DNA from: Armatimonadota bacterium
GTDB lineage: Bacteria; Vulcanimicrobiota; Vulcanimicrobiia; Vulcanimicrobiales; Vulcanimicrobiaceae
NCBI GenBank assembly: GCA_037441145.1
Contig: JBBISR010000007.1
Span: 24,988-88,987, forward strand
DNA length: 64,000 bases
Direction of reading: 5' to 3'
This document shows positions 1-8,326 of the stretch, piece after piece. Position numbers and translations under genes: made by a program. A model generated the notes under the pieces. It was not told the origin of the DNA and ran no database searches. It was given only the letters and a program-made list of their open reading frames with translations. Every line of letters starts with the position of its first letter. Position 1 is the first letter of the stretch.

Positions 1-324
1 ACGGGCGTTTCGCGTGGGACGCTTGCGATGTACGAGTCGCGTGGTCTTTTACGGGCGGGTGACGCGGTAACGCCCGATGCGGCTTCGATCGAACGCGTAC
101 GCGAGATCCGTCGCCTCGTCCAAGCCGGGTATAGCCTGGAGCGGATCGCCGCCGAAATCACGCGCGACGCTACCGGCGTTCGCCGTCCCACGATGCCGGA
201 CGCGCGCGCCTTCGCCGAGCGCATCCACGCCGCATCCGTGGACCTTGGCCTTGCGTGTATCGAGGAGCAGTACGGCAGCGCTACAGTGCGAAGCCGCCGC
301 TTACCTCGAGAATTTGCGCCGTAA
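1..324 (+). CDS. MerR-family transcriptional regulator, 5'-partial (runs off the window start)
   Basis: Frame 1 is open from nt 1. The translation TGVSRGTLAMYESRGLL matches the MerR HTH signature (GVS..TLR.YE..GLL) and is followed by IRRLVQAGYSLERI. Stop at 322-324. It overlaps the 3' end of the convergent SDR gene. Confidence 0.6.
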   Translation, partial: TGVSRGTLAMYESRGLLRAGDAVTPDAASIERVREIRRLVQAGYSLERIAAEITRDATGVRRPTMPDARAFAERIHAASVDLGLACIEEQYGSATVRSRRLPREFAP

Positions 325-1039
325 CGCGCGCGGCTGCGGGCGAACAGAAATACGCGACAGCCTCCGCGATCTCATCGACGCTCGTGAAATCCCCGAGTGC
401 GGTGCGCGCGAGGATGGCGGCACGGCGCGACGGGTCGGCCAGGACCTCGGCGTTCATATCGGTCGCGAGAAACCCCGGCGCGATCGCGTTCACGGTGATC
501 GAGCGCGGAGCGGATGCCTTTGCGAGTTGGAGCGTCATCGCATCCAGCGCGCCTTTCGAAACCGCATAGGCGATGCGGTTCGGGTTTGCGTTGCGCACGA
601 TCGTCGACGTAACGTTGACGATGCGCCCGCCCGTGCGCAGGTATGCCGCGGCTTCGCGCGCGAGCGCGAGGGGGGCACGTACGTTGAGGGCGAGGATCGC
701 GTCGATCGCGGCGTCGTCCGTCTCGGCGAGCGACCGGTACGGCGCTACGGCTGCGTTGTTGATGAGGACGTCGATCGCGCGTGGGAGCCCGCGAGCCGTG
801 AGTTCGGCGCCGAGCGCTTCGAAAAGGCGGCCGGCGGCTCCCGGCGCCGCAAGATCCTCGGCAAGTGCGAACGCCGTATCGCCGCGAGCGGTAATGCTCG
901 CAACTGCGGCTTCGGCGGCATCGCGGTCGCGGAGGTAATGCACGCACACCACATGCGCGCTCGCGAGACGTTCCGCGATCGCACGGCCGATGCCCCGGCT
1001 CGCACCCGTTACCAGGGCGACGCGTGGTTCGCGATCGAT
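281..1039 (-). CDS. SDR-family short-chain dehydrogenase/reductase (start codon uncertain)
   Basis: The hand translation above the first ATG (952) gives IDREPRVALVTGASRGIGRAIAERLA, the Rossmann TGxxxGxG motif. Downstream are NNAA, YAVSKGAL (YxxxK) and the PG motif. The frame opens at 1039, directly after a TAG, with no ATG/GTG/TTG before the glycine motif. Candidate starts are ATC 1039 or CTG 1015. Confidence 0.8.
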   Translation of the reverse strand: MDREPRVALVTGASRGIGRAIAERLASAHVVCVHYLRDRDAAEAAVASITARGDTAFALAEDLAAPGAAGRLFEALGAELTARGLPRAIDVLINNAAVAPYRSLAETDDAAIDAILALNVRAPLALAREAAAYLRTGGRIVNVTSTIVRNANPNRIAYAVSKGALDAMTLQLAKASAPRSITVNAIAPGFLATDMNAEVLADPSRRAAILARTALGDFTSVDEIAEAVAYFCSPAAARVTAQILEVSGGFAL

Positions 1040-1225
1040 CTAGGCGGTCGCTTTTTCGGTTTTCGTGCGGAAGAACTCGCCCTGCGTACCGGGGTTCGGG
1101 CCATCGCCGAGCCCGTAGGCGTGGAGCGCCTTCGAATAATGAGCGTTCTGCTCGGCTGGGGTCAGCTCGTTCCAAGGGCGGTTCGGGTCGAGTTTGGGTT
1201 TCGGATACTTACGTTTGGCAGCCAT
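1040..1225 (-). CDS. small basic hypothetical protein (61 aa)
   Basis: ATG-initiated [42 protein letters not shown]... with G/C-rich third codon positions typical of genes in this window. Its TAG stop is in frame with, and directly abuts, the SDR reading frame. Confidence 0.45.
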   Translation of the reverse strand: MAAKRKYPKPKLDPNRPWNELTPAEQNAHYSKALHAYGLGDGPNPGTQGEFFRTKTEKATA

Positions 1226-1343
1226 GATAGCGTCGTATTTGCCGTTTCACGCTCGGATGTCCTCGGCAAGCGCACGGGTGGCGGTCGCTCGCGCGACTTT
1301 TGGGTCCAGGACTTCGTGCGTGTACGCGGCAACGTTTTGCACG

Positions 1344-2300
1344 ATGAACCTGCTCGATGCCACCCCCGCCCGTACCGTATGGACCGTGGACGATCTGCTC
1401 GCGGTCTACGAATCGCCGTTTCTCGATCTCGTCTATCGGGCCGCCACGGTGCATCGCGCGTACAACGATCCGGCCGACGTGCAGCGCGCCTCGCTCCTGA
1501 GCGTCAAGACGGGTGGATGCCCGGAGAACTGCGCCTATTGCCCGCAATCCGCGCGCTACGACACGGGCGTCGAAGCCGAGAAATTACTCTCGCTCGAAAC
1601 GGTTCTCGAGAACGCGCGTGTGGCGAAGGCCCAGGGTTCGACGCGCTTTTGCATGGGGGCCGCCTGGCGTAACGTCAAGGACGGCCCGGAATTCGATCGC
1701 GTGATCGCGATGGTGCGTGGCGTGCGCGAACTCGGCATGGAGGCGTGCGTAACGCTCGGCATGCTCGCACCGCACCAAGCCGTGCGCCTGGCGGAAGCCG
1801 GCCTTACCGCATACAACCACAACCTCGACACGGGCCCGGAGTATTACGGCGATATCGTCTCGACCCGTACGTATGCCGATCGGATCGCGACGCTCGACGC
1901 CGTTGCCGAAGCCGGCATCGGCCAGTGCTGTGGCGGGATTGTCGGTATGGGGGAATCGCGGCGCGACCGCGTCTCGATGCTCGCCGTCATCGCCGCGCGG
2001 GATCCGCAGCCCGAAAGCGTGCCGATCAACGCGCTCGTCCGCGTTCCTGGGACGCCGCTTGCCGATGCCGATCCCCTCGATGGGTTCGAATTCGTACGCA
2101 TGGTCGCAACCGCGCGCATCGCCTTGCCGCGCGCGCGCGTGCGGCTGAGCGCGGGCCGTCGCGAACTCGGCCCGCAGATTCAGGCGCTCGCGTTCCTCGC
2201 CGGCGCAAACTCCGTTTTCGCGGGCGACGTTCTGCTGACGACCCCGAACGCCACGCCGGATGCGGATGCCGCACTCTTCGCAACTCTGGGCCTGCGATAG
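1344..2300 (+). CDS. bioB: biotin synthase (radical SAM)
   Basis: Contains the [11 protein letters not shown] radical-SAM cysteine motif, and the BioB-like sequence continues throughout. The ATG at 1344 gives the N-terminus [19 protein letters not shown]. The upstream part of the 1194 ORF is Arg/Ala junk. Confidence 0.95.
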   Translation: MNLLDATPARTVWTVDDLLAVYESPFLDLVYRAATVHRAYNDPADVQRASLLSVKTGGCPENCAYCPQSARYDTGVEAEKLLSLETVLENARVAKAQGSTRFCMGAAWRNVKDGPEFDRVIAMVRGVRELGMEACVTLGMLAPHQAVRLAEAGLTAYNHNLDTGPEYYGDIVSTRTYADRIATLDAVAEAGIGQCCGGIVGMGESRRDRVSMLAVIAARDPQPESVPINALVRVPGTPLADADPLDGFEFVRMVATARIALPRARVRLSAGRRELGPQIQALAFLAGANSVFAGDVLLTTPNATPDADAALFATLGLR

Positions 2301-2441
2301 GCGAATGGCCTAGCACCTACGGGTAATTTTCGGGCCGAAGTAATCCAGGGATGGACCAAGTGCGTTAGAAAAAGCAAACCGAGCAAGCATCGTTTGGTGT
2401 GCTCTTTGTACGCAGTTTGGCTATATCGAGGTACGTGACGT

Positions 2442-4040
2442 TTGAACGCGCCGAGCTTATCCGCACTCCAAGGTAAGGGAACGCAGGGGCTGGCTTGGCT
2501 GGTGCTCGCGCACGTGCCATTCGTTGCCGTCGTGTCGCTCGCAAATCACGTTCCCGCGACCGTACCGACGGCGATCGCGGCCGTCCTCGCCGCGATCGCG
2601 TTGCTCGCGGTGCGGCTCGCGCCGCTCGCGCCCGCGACCCGGCTCGCGATCGGCGCGACGTTGACGGCGATGCCGATGCTCTTCGTCCACGCCGCGATGG
2701 GTGGCGTGTGGCAGATCGATTTCCACATGTACTTCTTCGCGGTCTTCGCGATGCTCGTCGTCCTGGTCGATTGGCGCCCGATCGTGCTCGCTGCGGCGCT
2801 GACGGCGGTACACCACCTCGCCATGACGTTCTTCATGCCGATGTCGGTCTTCCCGGACCAGGCGGGGATCGTCGCGCTGCCGCGCGTCGGCCTCCATGCG
2901 ACGATCGTGGTCGTCGAGTGCGCCATCCTCGTGTGGCTCGTGCGGGCCGTGCGCCGTGCGTTTTTCGCGGCTACGGAGGCCGCCGCGAGTTCCGATGCCG
3001 CGCGTCAACAGTCGGAGCAACTCCAACGAGCGCTCGCAACGGAGTCCGACGCGAAAACGCTAGCGCTCGCCAACGCCCAGCACGCGCTCGCGGAACGCGA
3101 CGAAACGGCGGAAGCCGCCCGCCGCGAAGAGCGCGTGCGGAGCGAGGGGCGGCAGGCGATTCTCGAGCGTGAAGCGTTCGTCGGGGATCTCGCGAACCGG
3201 CTGCAATCTTCGGTGGGTGGCGTCGTCGCTTCGCTCGCCGATGCCGCGAACACGATGCTTGCCGCCGCGCACAAAGCGGGCCAAAGCGCCGAGGCGACGC
3301 ACGCGGAAGTAGCGCGCGTCATGGACGTAACGCAACACTCGGGGACCATCATCGCCGAAGTCGTGGCGGCTACCGAACGGCTCGCCGTATCGCATACGGC
3401 GATCGGAAAACGCATGGTCCAAGCGGTGACCGTCGCGCAGCGTGCGACGAGCGAATCCGCGCGCGGAACCCAAGTGCTGGGCTCGCTCGGCAGCGCGGCG
3501 GACCGCGTTGCCGACGTGCTCTCGTTGATCGAAGGCGTCGCGGATCAGACGCGGCTGCTCGCGCTCAATGCCGCGATCGAAGCCGCGCGTGCGGGCGACA
3601 CGGGCCGCGGCTTCGCCGTCGTTGCCGATGAAGTCCGCAAGCTCGCCGACGCGACGACCGACGCGACGCAAGACGTTGCAAGCGTCGTACGTTCGATCGC
3701 GGGTGCCTCGAAAGACGTTGGTGACGCGCTCGCGCTCATCGCCACCTCGATTGCGGAACTCCATACGGCGGCGAGCGAAGTGGATGGCGCGATCGGCGCC
3801 CAGGCATCGGCGACCGTTACGATTGCGGAACGGATCCGCGCCGTCGCCGATGGTACGGAGCAGATTCGCGCGGCGATCGGCCGCGTCGCGGCCGCAAGCG
3901 ACGGGGTCGGGGAGACGGCACGCGGCGTGCTCGATGGCGCGAGCGTCGTCGTCGACCGCAACGAAGAGCTCCGCCGCACGGTCGCGGGCGTCACGAACGA
4001 TTTGCTCGGCGCGAAGCGGTCGCTCGGGATGGCTTCTTAG
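2442..4040 (+). CDS. methyl-accepting chemotaxis protein with polytopic N-terminal membrane domain
   Basis: The C-terminal signalling domain has the highly conserved hairpin [31 protein letters not shown]. The N-terminal ~170 aa are 5-6 hydrophobic helices with no periplasmic domain. TTG start at 2442. Confidence 0.9.
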   Translation: MNAPSLSALQGKGTQGLAWLVLAHVPFVAVVSLANHVPATVPTAIAAVLAAIALLAVRLAPLAPATRLAIGATLTAMPMLFVHAAMGGVWQIDFHMYFFAVFAMLVVLVDWRPIVLAAALTAVHHLAMTFFMPMSVFPDQAGIVALPRVGLHATIVVVECAILVWLVRAVRRAFFAATEAAASSDAARQQSEQLQRALATESDAKTLALANAQHALAERDETAEAARREERVRSEGRQAILEREAFVGDLANRLQSSVGGVVASLADAANTMLAAAHKAGQSAEATHAEVARVMDVTQHSGTIIAEVVAATERLAVSHTAIGKRMVQAVTVAQRATSESARGTQVLGSLGSAADRVADVLSLIEGVADQTRLLALNAAIEAARAGDTGRGFAVVADEVRKLADATTDATQDVASVVRSIAGASKDVGDALALIATSIAELHTAASEVDGAIGAQASATVTIAERIRAVADGTEQIRAAIGRVAAASDGVGETARGVLDGASVVVDRNEELRRTVAGVTNDLLGAKRSLGMAS

Positions 4041-4690
4041 CGAGCCACCAGCGCGCGTAGCGCCGCGCTTGCGCTCGCGAGCGCTCGGCCGTCGTCGGTG
4101 TCGTGTGGGAGCGACGCGAGCAACGGTGCATGGCTAGCGAGCGCGCGCGTTGCGTCGGTGCGGTATGAATCGCCGACGGGGCCGAAACGCTCGCAAAAAA
4201 CGATACCCGCAACCGCGACCTTCGCTTGCGCGAGAAAGGCGAGCGTAAGCCGAGCGTGGTTGATACAGCCGAGTTTGAGGCCGACGACGACGATCGTGCG
4301 CGCATCGAGTGCGCGCGCGAGATCGGCGTAGGTTTCCGCGGCATTGAGCGGCACGGCGATGCCACCCGCGCCCTCGATGACGAGTGTTTCCGAAAAAGCG
4401 GAAATATGTGCCGCGAGTTTGGCGACGTGCGGGGGCTCGCGACCTTCGGCAAGCGCCGCGTTCCACGGATCGGCCGGGAGCCGATAGCGCGCGATCTCGG
4501 CGAACGCGCAACCGGCGAGGCGCGCGGCATCGTGCGCGTCGCCTGCGACATCGGGTTCGAGCCCCGTCTGCACGGGCTTCACGATCCGTACGAGGCCGTC
4601 GGCCTTGAGCGCGTGCGCCAGTGCCGCCGTGACGCGCGTCTTGCCGACGTCGGTATCCGTACCCGTTACGAAGAATCGGCGTGCGCTCAT
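4037..4690 (-). CDS. bioD: dethiobiotin synthetase
   Basis: N-terminus [18 protein letters not shown] (DTBS P-loop). The ATG at 4690 forms an ATGA overlap with the bioF stop. Confidence 0.9.
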   Translation of the reverse strand: MSARRFFVTGTDTDVGKTRVTAALAHALKADGLVRIVKPVQTGLEPDVAGDAHDAARLAGCAFAEIARYRLPADPWNAALAEGREPPHVAKLAAHISAFSETLVIEGAGGIAVPLNAAETYADLARALDARTIVVVGLKLGCINHARLTLAFLAQAKVAVAGIVFCERFGPVGDSYRTDATRALASHAPLLASLPHDTDDGRALASASAALRALVAR

Positions 4691-5787
4691 GCGCGAGCGT
4701 GCGTGAGGGCGGCGAGGAGATCCGTAACATCCGCATCGGTGTGATCCGCGCGCAGGGTAAGGCGGATCATCGATTCGCCGCGCGGCACGGTCGGCGGCCG
4801 GATCGCGGGCGCGACGATGCCGAACGTCGCGAGCGCTCGTGAAAAGGCCAGCGCCGCTTCCGGCGTGCCGAGCACGATCGGTACGATCGCGCCGCCCTCG
4901 CCGCTTGCGGCGAGCCCGAGTGCGCCGAGATGCGTGCGAACCCGCGCCGCATGCGTTCGCACTCGCGCGCGCCGCGTATCGCCTTCGGCACCGGCGACGA
5001 GCGCGAGTGCGAAGCACGCGGCTTCGGCGATCGCCGGCGGCAAGGCGGTATCGAAGACGAACGCGCGTGCGTCGTTCTGCAAAAGCGAAATCACATCGCG
5101 CGGACCCGCGACGAAGCCGCCGAGCGTCCCTAGCGCCTTGGAGAGCGTGCCGATCACGACGATGCGCTCGTCCGCGACGTGGCGTGCGAGCCCGCCGCCG
5201 TGCTTGCCTTCGAGCCCGAGCGCATGTGCCTCATCGACGACGAGCACGTCGCTTGCGCCGAGCGATGCCGCAAGCGGGGCAACGTCGATGCGCGAGCCTT
5301 CCATGCCGAAGAGCGTTTCCGTGACGACGAGCGCGCGCGACGTACGTTTCGCGATTTGCGGTAGCATGCGATGCGGGTAGATCGTGCGAGGGAGCTTCGT
5401 GAGGCGGAGCGCGTCGATCGCGCACGCGTGGTTGCGTTCGTCGGAATAGGCGACCGCGACATGCGGGGCGAGCGCGCCGATCGCGCCGAGCGCCGCGAGA
5501 TACCCCGAAGAAAAGACGAGCGCCGCCTCGCGCCCGACCCATGCGGCAAGCGCCACCTCGAGCGCGACGTGCTCGGCGTGTGCGCCTGCGAGCAAACGCG
5601 CGCCGCCGGAACCGGCAACCGATGCAGCGCGCAACGCGGCCACCACGTGCGGGTGCCGCGACATGCCGAGATAGTCGTTCGACGAGAAGTCGCGCGCCGG
5701 ATCGTTTGCCGATGCACGCACGGTGCGCAGAAGCGACGTGTCGCGCAGCGCGTCGAGACGCGCGCGCACGTTCGCGAGATAGCTCAT
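4687..5787 (-). CDS. bioF: 8-amino-7-oxononanoate synthase
   Basis: MSYLANVRARLDALRD...FSSNDYLGMSRHP...VVDEAHALG is a class-II aminotransferase/BioF pattern. ATGA overlap with the bioA stop at 5784-5787. Confidence 0.9.
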   Translation of the reverse strand: MSYLANVRARLDALRDTSLLRTVRASANDPARDFSSNDYLGMSRHPHVVAALRAASVAGSGGARLLAGAHAEHVALEVALAAWVGREAALVFSSGYLAALGAIGALAPHVAVAYSDERNHACAIDALRLTKLPRTIYPHRMLPQIAKRTSRALVVTETLFGMEGSRIDVAPLAASLGASDVLVVDEAHALGLEGKHGGGLARHVADERIVVIGTLSKALGTLGGFVAGPRDVISLLQNDARAFVFDTALPPAIAEAACFALALVAGAEGDTRRARVRTHAARVRTHLGALGLAASGEGGAIVPIVLGTPEAALAFSRALATFGIVAPAIRPPTVPRGESMIRLTLRADHTDADVTDLLAALTHARA

Positions 5788-7016
5788 GGCGTGATGTCTA
5801 AAAGCACGCCGAGTTGCGCCACGAAATCGTCGAGTTCTTCCGCGCGCGCGGACAGCGGTGGGACGAGTTGGATCGCGGGGCCGATCGGCCGCGTGAAATG
5901 ACCGCGCTCGTAAAGTGCGTTTGCGATCGTCCATCCCGGCGTCGCGTCGCGTGGCTGGAAGCGGCGCTCGTCGAGCACGATCCCACACATCAAGCCCACA
6001 CGCCGAACTTCGCGCACGCGCGGGTGGCGTGCGATGCCGAGGAGCGCGCGTCCGAGTGCCGTGGAAAGCGTTGCCACGTGCGCGAGCGTGCGCTCCTCGG
6101 CGAAGAGCGCGAGCGATGCGAGTGCGGCCGCGCAAGCGATCGGGTTTGCCGCGTACGAATGCCCGTGAAAGAACTGCTTCGCCTCGCTCGTCGCGCCGAG
6201 AAATGCGTCGTAGACGTGCGCGCGCGCGAGCGTCGCCGAGAGCGCGAGCGTGCCGCCCGTGATGCCTTTACCGAGGCAGACGAGATCGGGTTTGAGGCCG
6301 AGCGCTTCGTAGGCGAACATCGTGCCCGTGCGGCCGAAGCCCGTTGCGATCTCATCGACGATAAGCAACGGCACGTGATTTTCCCGCAGCGGCGCATAGC
6401 GTGCGTCGTCGACGACGCGCATGCCGGCCGCCGCCTGCACGCGCGGTTCGACGACGATCGCCGCTACGTCGCTCGCGTCGAGAAACGCGGGCACTTCGTC
6501 GTACGCGTACGTTTCGAAGCAGAGCGCGCCGAAATTTTTTTTGAAGACGGCGATATCGGAGAGGCTCATCGCGCCGATCGTATCGCCGTGATAGCTTGCC
6601 GCGAGACGCACGAACCGCGTGCGTTGCGGTTCGCCGCGATGCCGCCAGTACTGCACGGCCATCTTCATTGCGGCCTCGATCGCGCTCGCACCGTCGCTTG
6701 CGAAGAATGCGTAGTCGAGCCCGGTCAGCGCGGTCAGGCTATCCGCGAGTTCCTCGGCGACCGGATTCGTCGCTCCGAGCGCCGTCGCGTGATCGAGGCG
6801 CGCGGCTTGTGCGGCGATCGCGGATGTGATCGCCGGGTGTCCGTGCCCGTGAATCGTCGTCCAGATCGACGACGTCGCATCGAAGGTCGTGTGACCGCGT
6901 GCATCCGTCAATCGGGTCCCGGCCGCGGCGACGAACGTTCGACGCTCGCGATCGAAGCCGGCCATCTGCGTGAAGGGAAGCCAGTGATGCGAGGGCTTTG
7001 CTTGCAATGGGTTCAC
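5784..7016 (-). CDS. bioA: adenosylmethionine-8-amino-7-oxononanoate aminotransferase
   Basis: HHWLPFTQM...IWTTIHGHGHP...DEIATGFGRTG is a BioA/class-III aminotransferase pattern. The GTG at 7016 makes a GTGA overlap with the upstream HD gene stop. An alternative GTG lies at 7031. Confidence 0.9.
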   Translation of the reverse strand: MNPLQAKPSHHWLPFTQMAGFDRERRTFVAAAGTRLTDARGHTTFDATSSIWTTIHGHGHPAITSAIAAQAARLDHATALGATNPVAEELADSLTALTGLDYAFFASDGASAIEAAMKMAVQYWRHRGEPQRTRFVRLAASYHGDTIGAMSLSDIAVFKKNFGALCFETYAYDEVPAFLDASDVAAIVVEPRVQAAAGMRVVDDARYAPLRENHVPLLIVDEIATGFGRTGTMFAYEALGLKPDLVCLGKGITGGTLALSATLARAHVYDAFLGATSEAKQFFHGHSYAANPIACAAALASLALFAEERTLAHVATLSTALGRALLGIARHPRVREVRRVGLMCGIVLDERRFQPRDATPGWTIANALYERGHFTRPIGPAIQLVPPLSARAEELDDFVAQLGVLLDITP

Positions 7017-8272
7017 GCCGGCCCCTCGCACGTCGTCAACGTAAGCTGCGTCGGCGTTTCATAGCGGCGTGCGATGATCGCGCGGCAGAGGTGGCGCGCT
7101 TCCGCGGTGTCGCCGCCCGCTTTGCGCACGAAGAGCTTGCGCCAGAACGCTTTGCCCGTCAGGCGCGCGATGAGGTCGGAGGCTTCGCGCGCATCGACCA
7201 CGCGGCCGGTGATCCGTACGCGTACCGTCGGTTCGTTTGAGGCGCCGAGTGGTAAGCGATGTAAGAGCTGCTCTTGCGAATCGCCCCACACGTTTTCGTC
7301 GCCGTACCGTTCGCGCAGCATGCGCTCGCACTGGTGATAGGTCGAGAGTTCGCCCTCGCCGTTGAATTCTGCGGCGAGGCCATAGAGCGTGACGCGATCG
7401 CGGAGCGCGCGGCCCGCGACGGACGCGCTGCCGCGAAGCGTATCGATCACGCGATTATCGTCCCACGCGAGATAGGTTTCGATCGGATCGAGCGCGCGCG
7501 GATCCGGCCAGAGTTCTTCGAGCACCGCGCCCAGAACGCGTTCGAACATGCGCGTCGTATGGTGGAAATATACGGTTGCGAACATCATGTAGCGTGCGAG
7601 CACGAACGATTCGAGCGCGACGACGCCGCGGCCATCGATACCGAGTTCGGGCGTACCGTCGACGTCGAACACGCGGAGCGAGCCGACGAGTTGATCGATG
7701 TCGTAGCGCCCGTTGACGACCCCCGTGAAGTAGGCATCGCGTAAGAGATAGTCCATGCGATCCGCGTCGAGATTCGGACCGCTCACGAGTTCGCGCAGCA
7801 CGGGAAAGCGGGTCGGCCGATCGCCGACGACGAGCGCTCGCACGTCCTCGGGATCGAGTTCGAGCATCGCGAGCGCATCCGCGATCTCGGGAAGCGCGAG
7901 GATCGCGGGCGTTCGCTGCTCGTGGTGCGTTCCGAGCACGGCTTCGCACGCATGGCTGAACGGGCCGTGACCGATATCGTGCAAGATCAGCGACGCGCGC
8001 AAGAGCGTGCGCTGCAGTTCGTAATCGGCGTCGCTTGCGAAATAGTCGGGGGAGTGGCGCCGCAACGATTCGAGCGCGCGCGTGCCGACGGCGAATGCCC
8101 CAAGCGCGTGCCCGAACCGCGAGTGTTCCGCCGAAGGATAGGCGAGATAGGCGAGGCCGAGTTGGCGGAGGCGCCGGAGCCGCTGGACGACCGGTGCCTC
8201 CAAGAGTGCCGTCTCACCGGGGTCGAGCTCGATGAAATGGTGAATCGGGTCGAAGATCCGTTTGCTTCCCAC
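7013..8272 (-). CDS. HD-domain phosphohydrolase (dNTP triphosphohydrolase/SAMHD1-like)
   Basis: Contains HSRFGHALGAF and ILHDIGHGPFSH (HD motif), plus DADRMDYLLRD. The GTG at 8272 gives VGSKRIFDPIHHFIEL, a typical N-terminus. The upstream part of the ORF overlaps dnaG and is Arg-rich. Confidence 0.8.
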   Translation of the reverse strand: MGSKRIFDPIHHFIELDPGETALLEAPVVQRLRRLRQLGLAYLAYPSAEHSRFGHALGAFAVGTRALESLRRHSPDYFASDADYELQRTLLRASLILHDIGHGPFSHACEAVLGTHHEQRTPAILALPEIADALAMLELDPEDVRALVVGDRPTRFPVLRELVSGPNLDADRMDYLLRDAYFTGVVNGRYDIDQLVGSLRVFDVDGTPELGIDGRGVVALESFVLARYMMFATVYFHHTTRMFERVLGAVLEELWPDPRALDPIETYLAWDDNRVIDTLRGSASVAGRALRDRVTLYGLAAEFNGEGELSTYHQCERMLRERYGDENVWGDSQEQLLHRLPLGASNEPTVRVRITGRVVDAREASDLIARLTGKAFWRKLFVRKAGGDTAEARHLCRAIIARRYETPTQLTLTTCEGPA

Positions 8273-8326
8273 GGTGTGGTGCCGTACGGCGCGGAGGGCG
8301 CGGTCCCTCCGCCGAACGTGCGTACG

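Noticed and set aside
1314-1344. Inverted repeat TCGTGC-N19-GCACGA overlapping the bioB start, considered as a BirA/BioQ-type operator
   Set aside because: The arms are only 6 bp with a long spacer. It does not resemble the BirA or BioQ operator consensus as I remember them, and it could arise by chance in GC-rich DNA.
77-1672. 531-aa plus-strand ORF spanning the SDR, the small ORF and the bioB start
   Set aside because: It has extreme Arg/Ala/Gly composition. It runs antisense or out of frame to genes with clear homology (SDR, BioB). This is a typical high-GC shadow ORF.
4037-4040. Convergent genes sharing overlapping stop codons (chemoreceptor/bioD TTAG here; MutS-like/metallophosphoesterase CTAG at 22692-22695)
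   Set aside because: This reflects tight packing. It is not evidence of a functional element.
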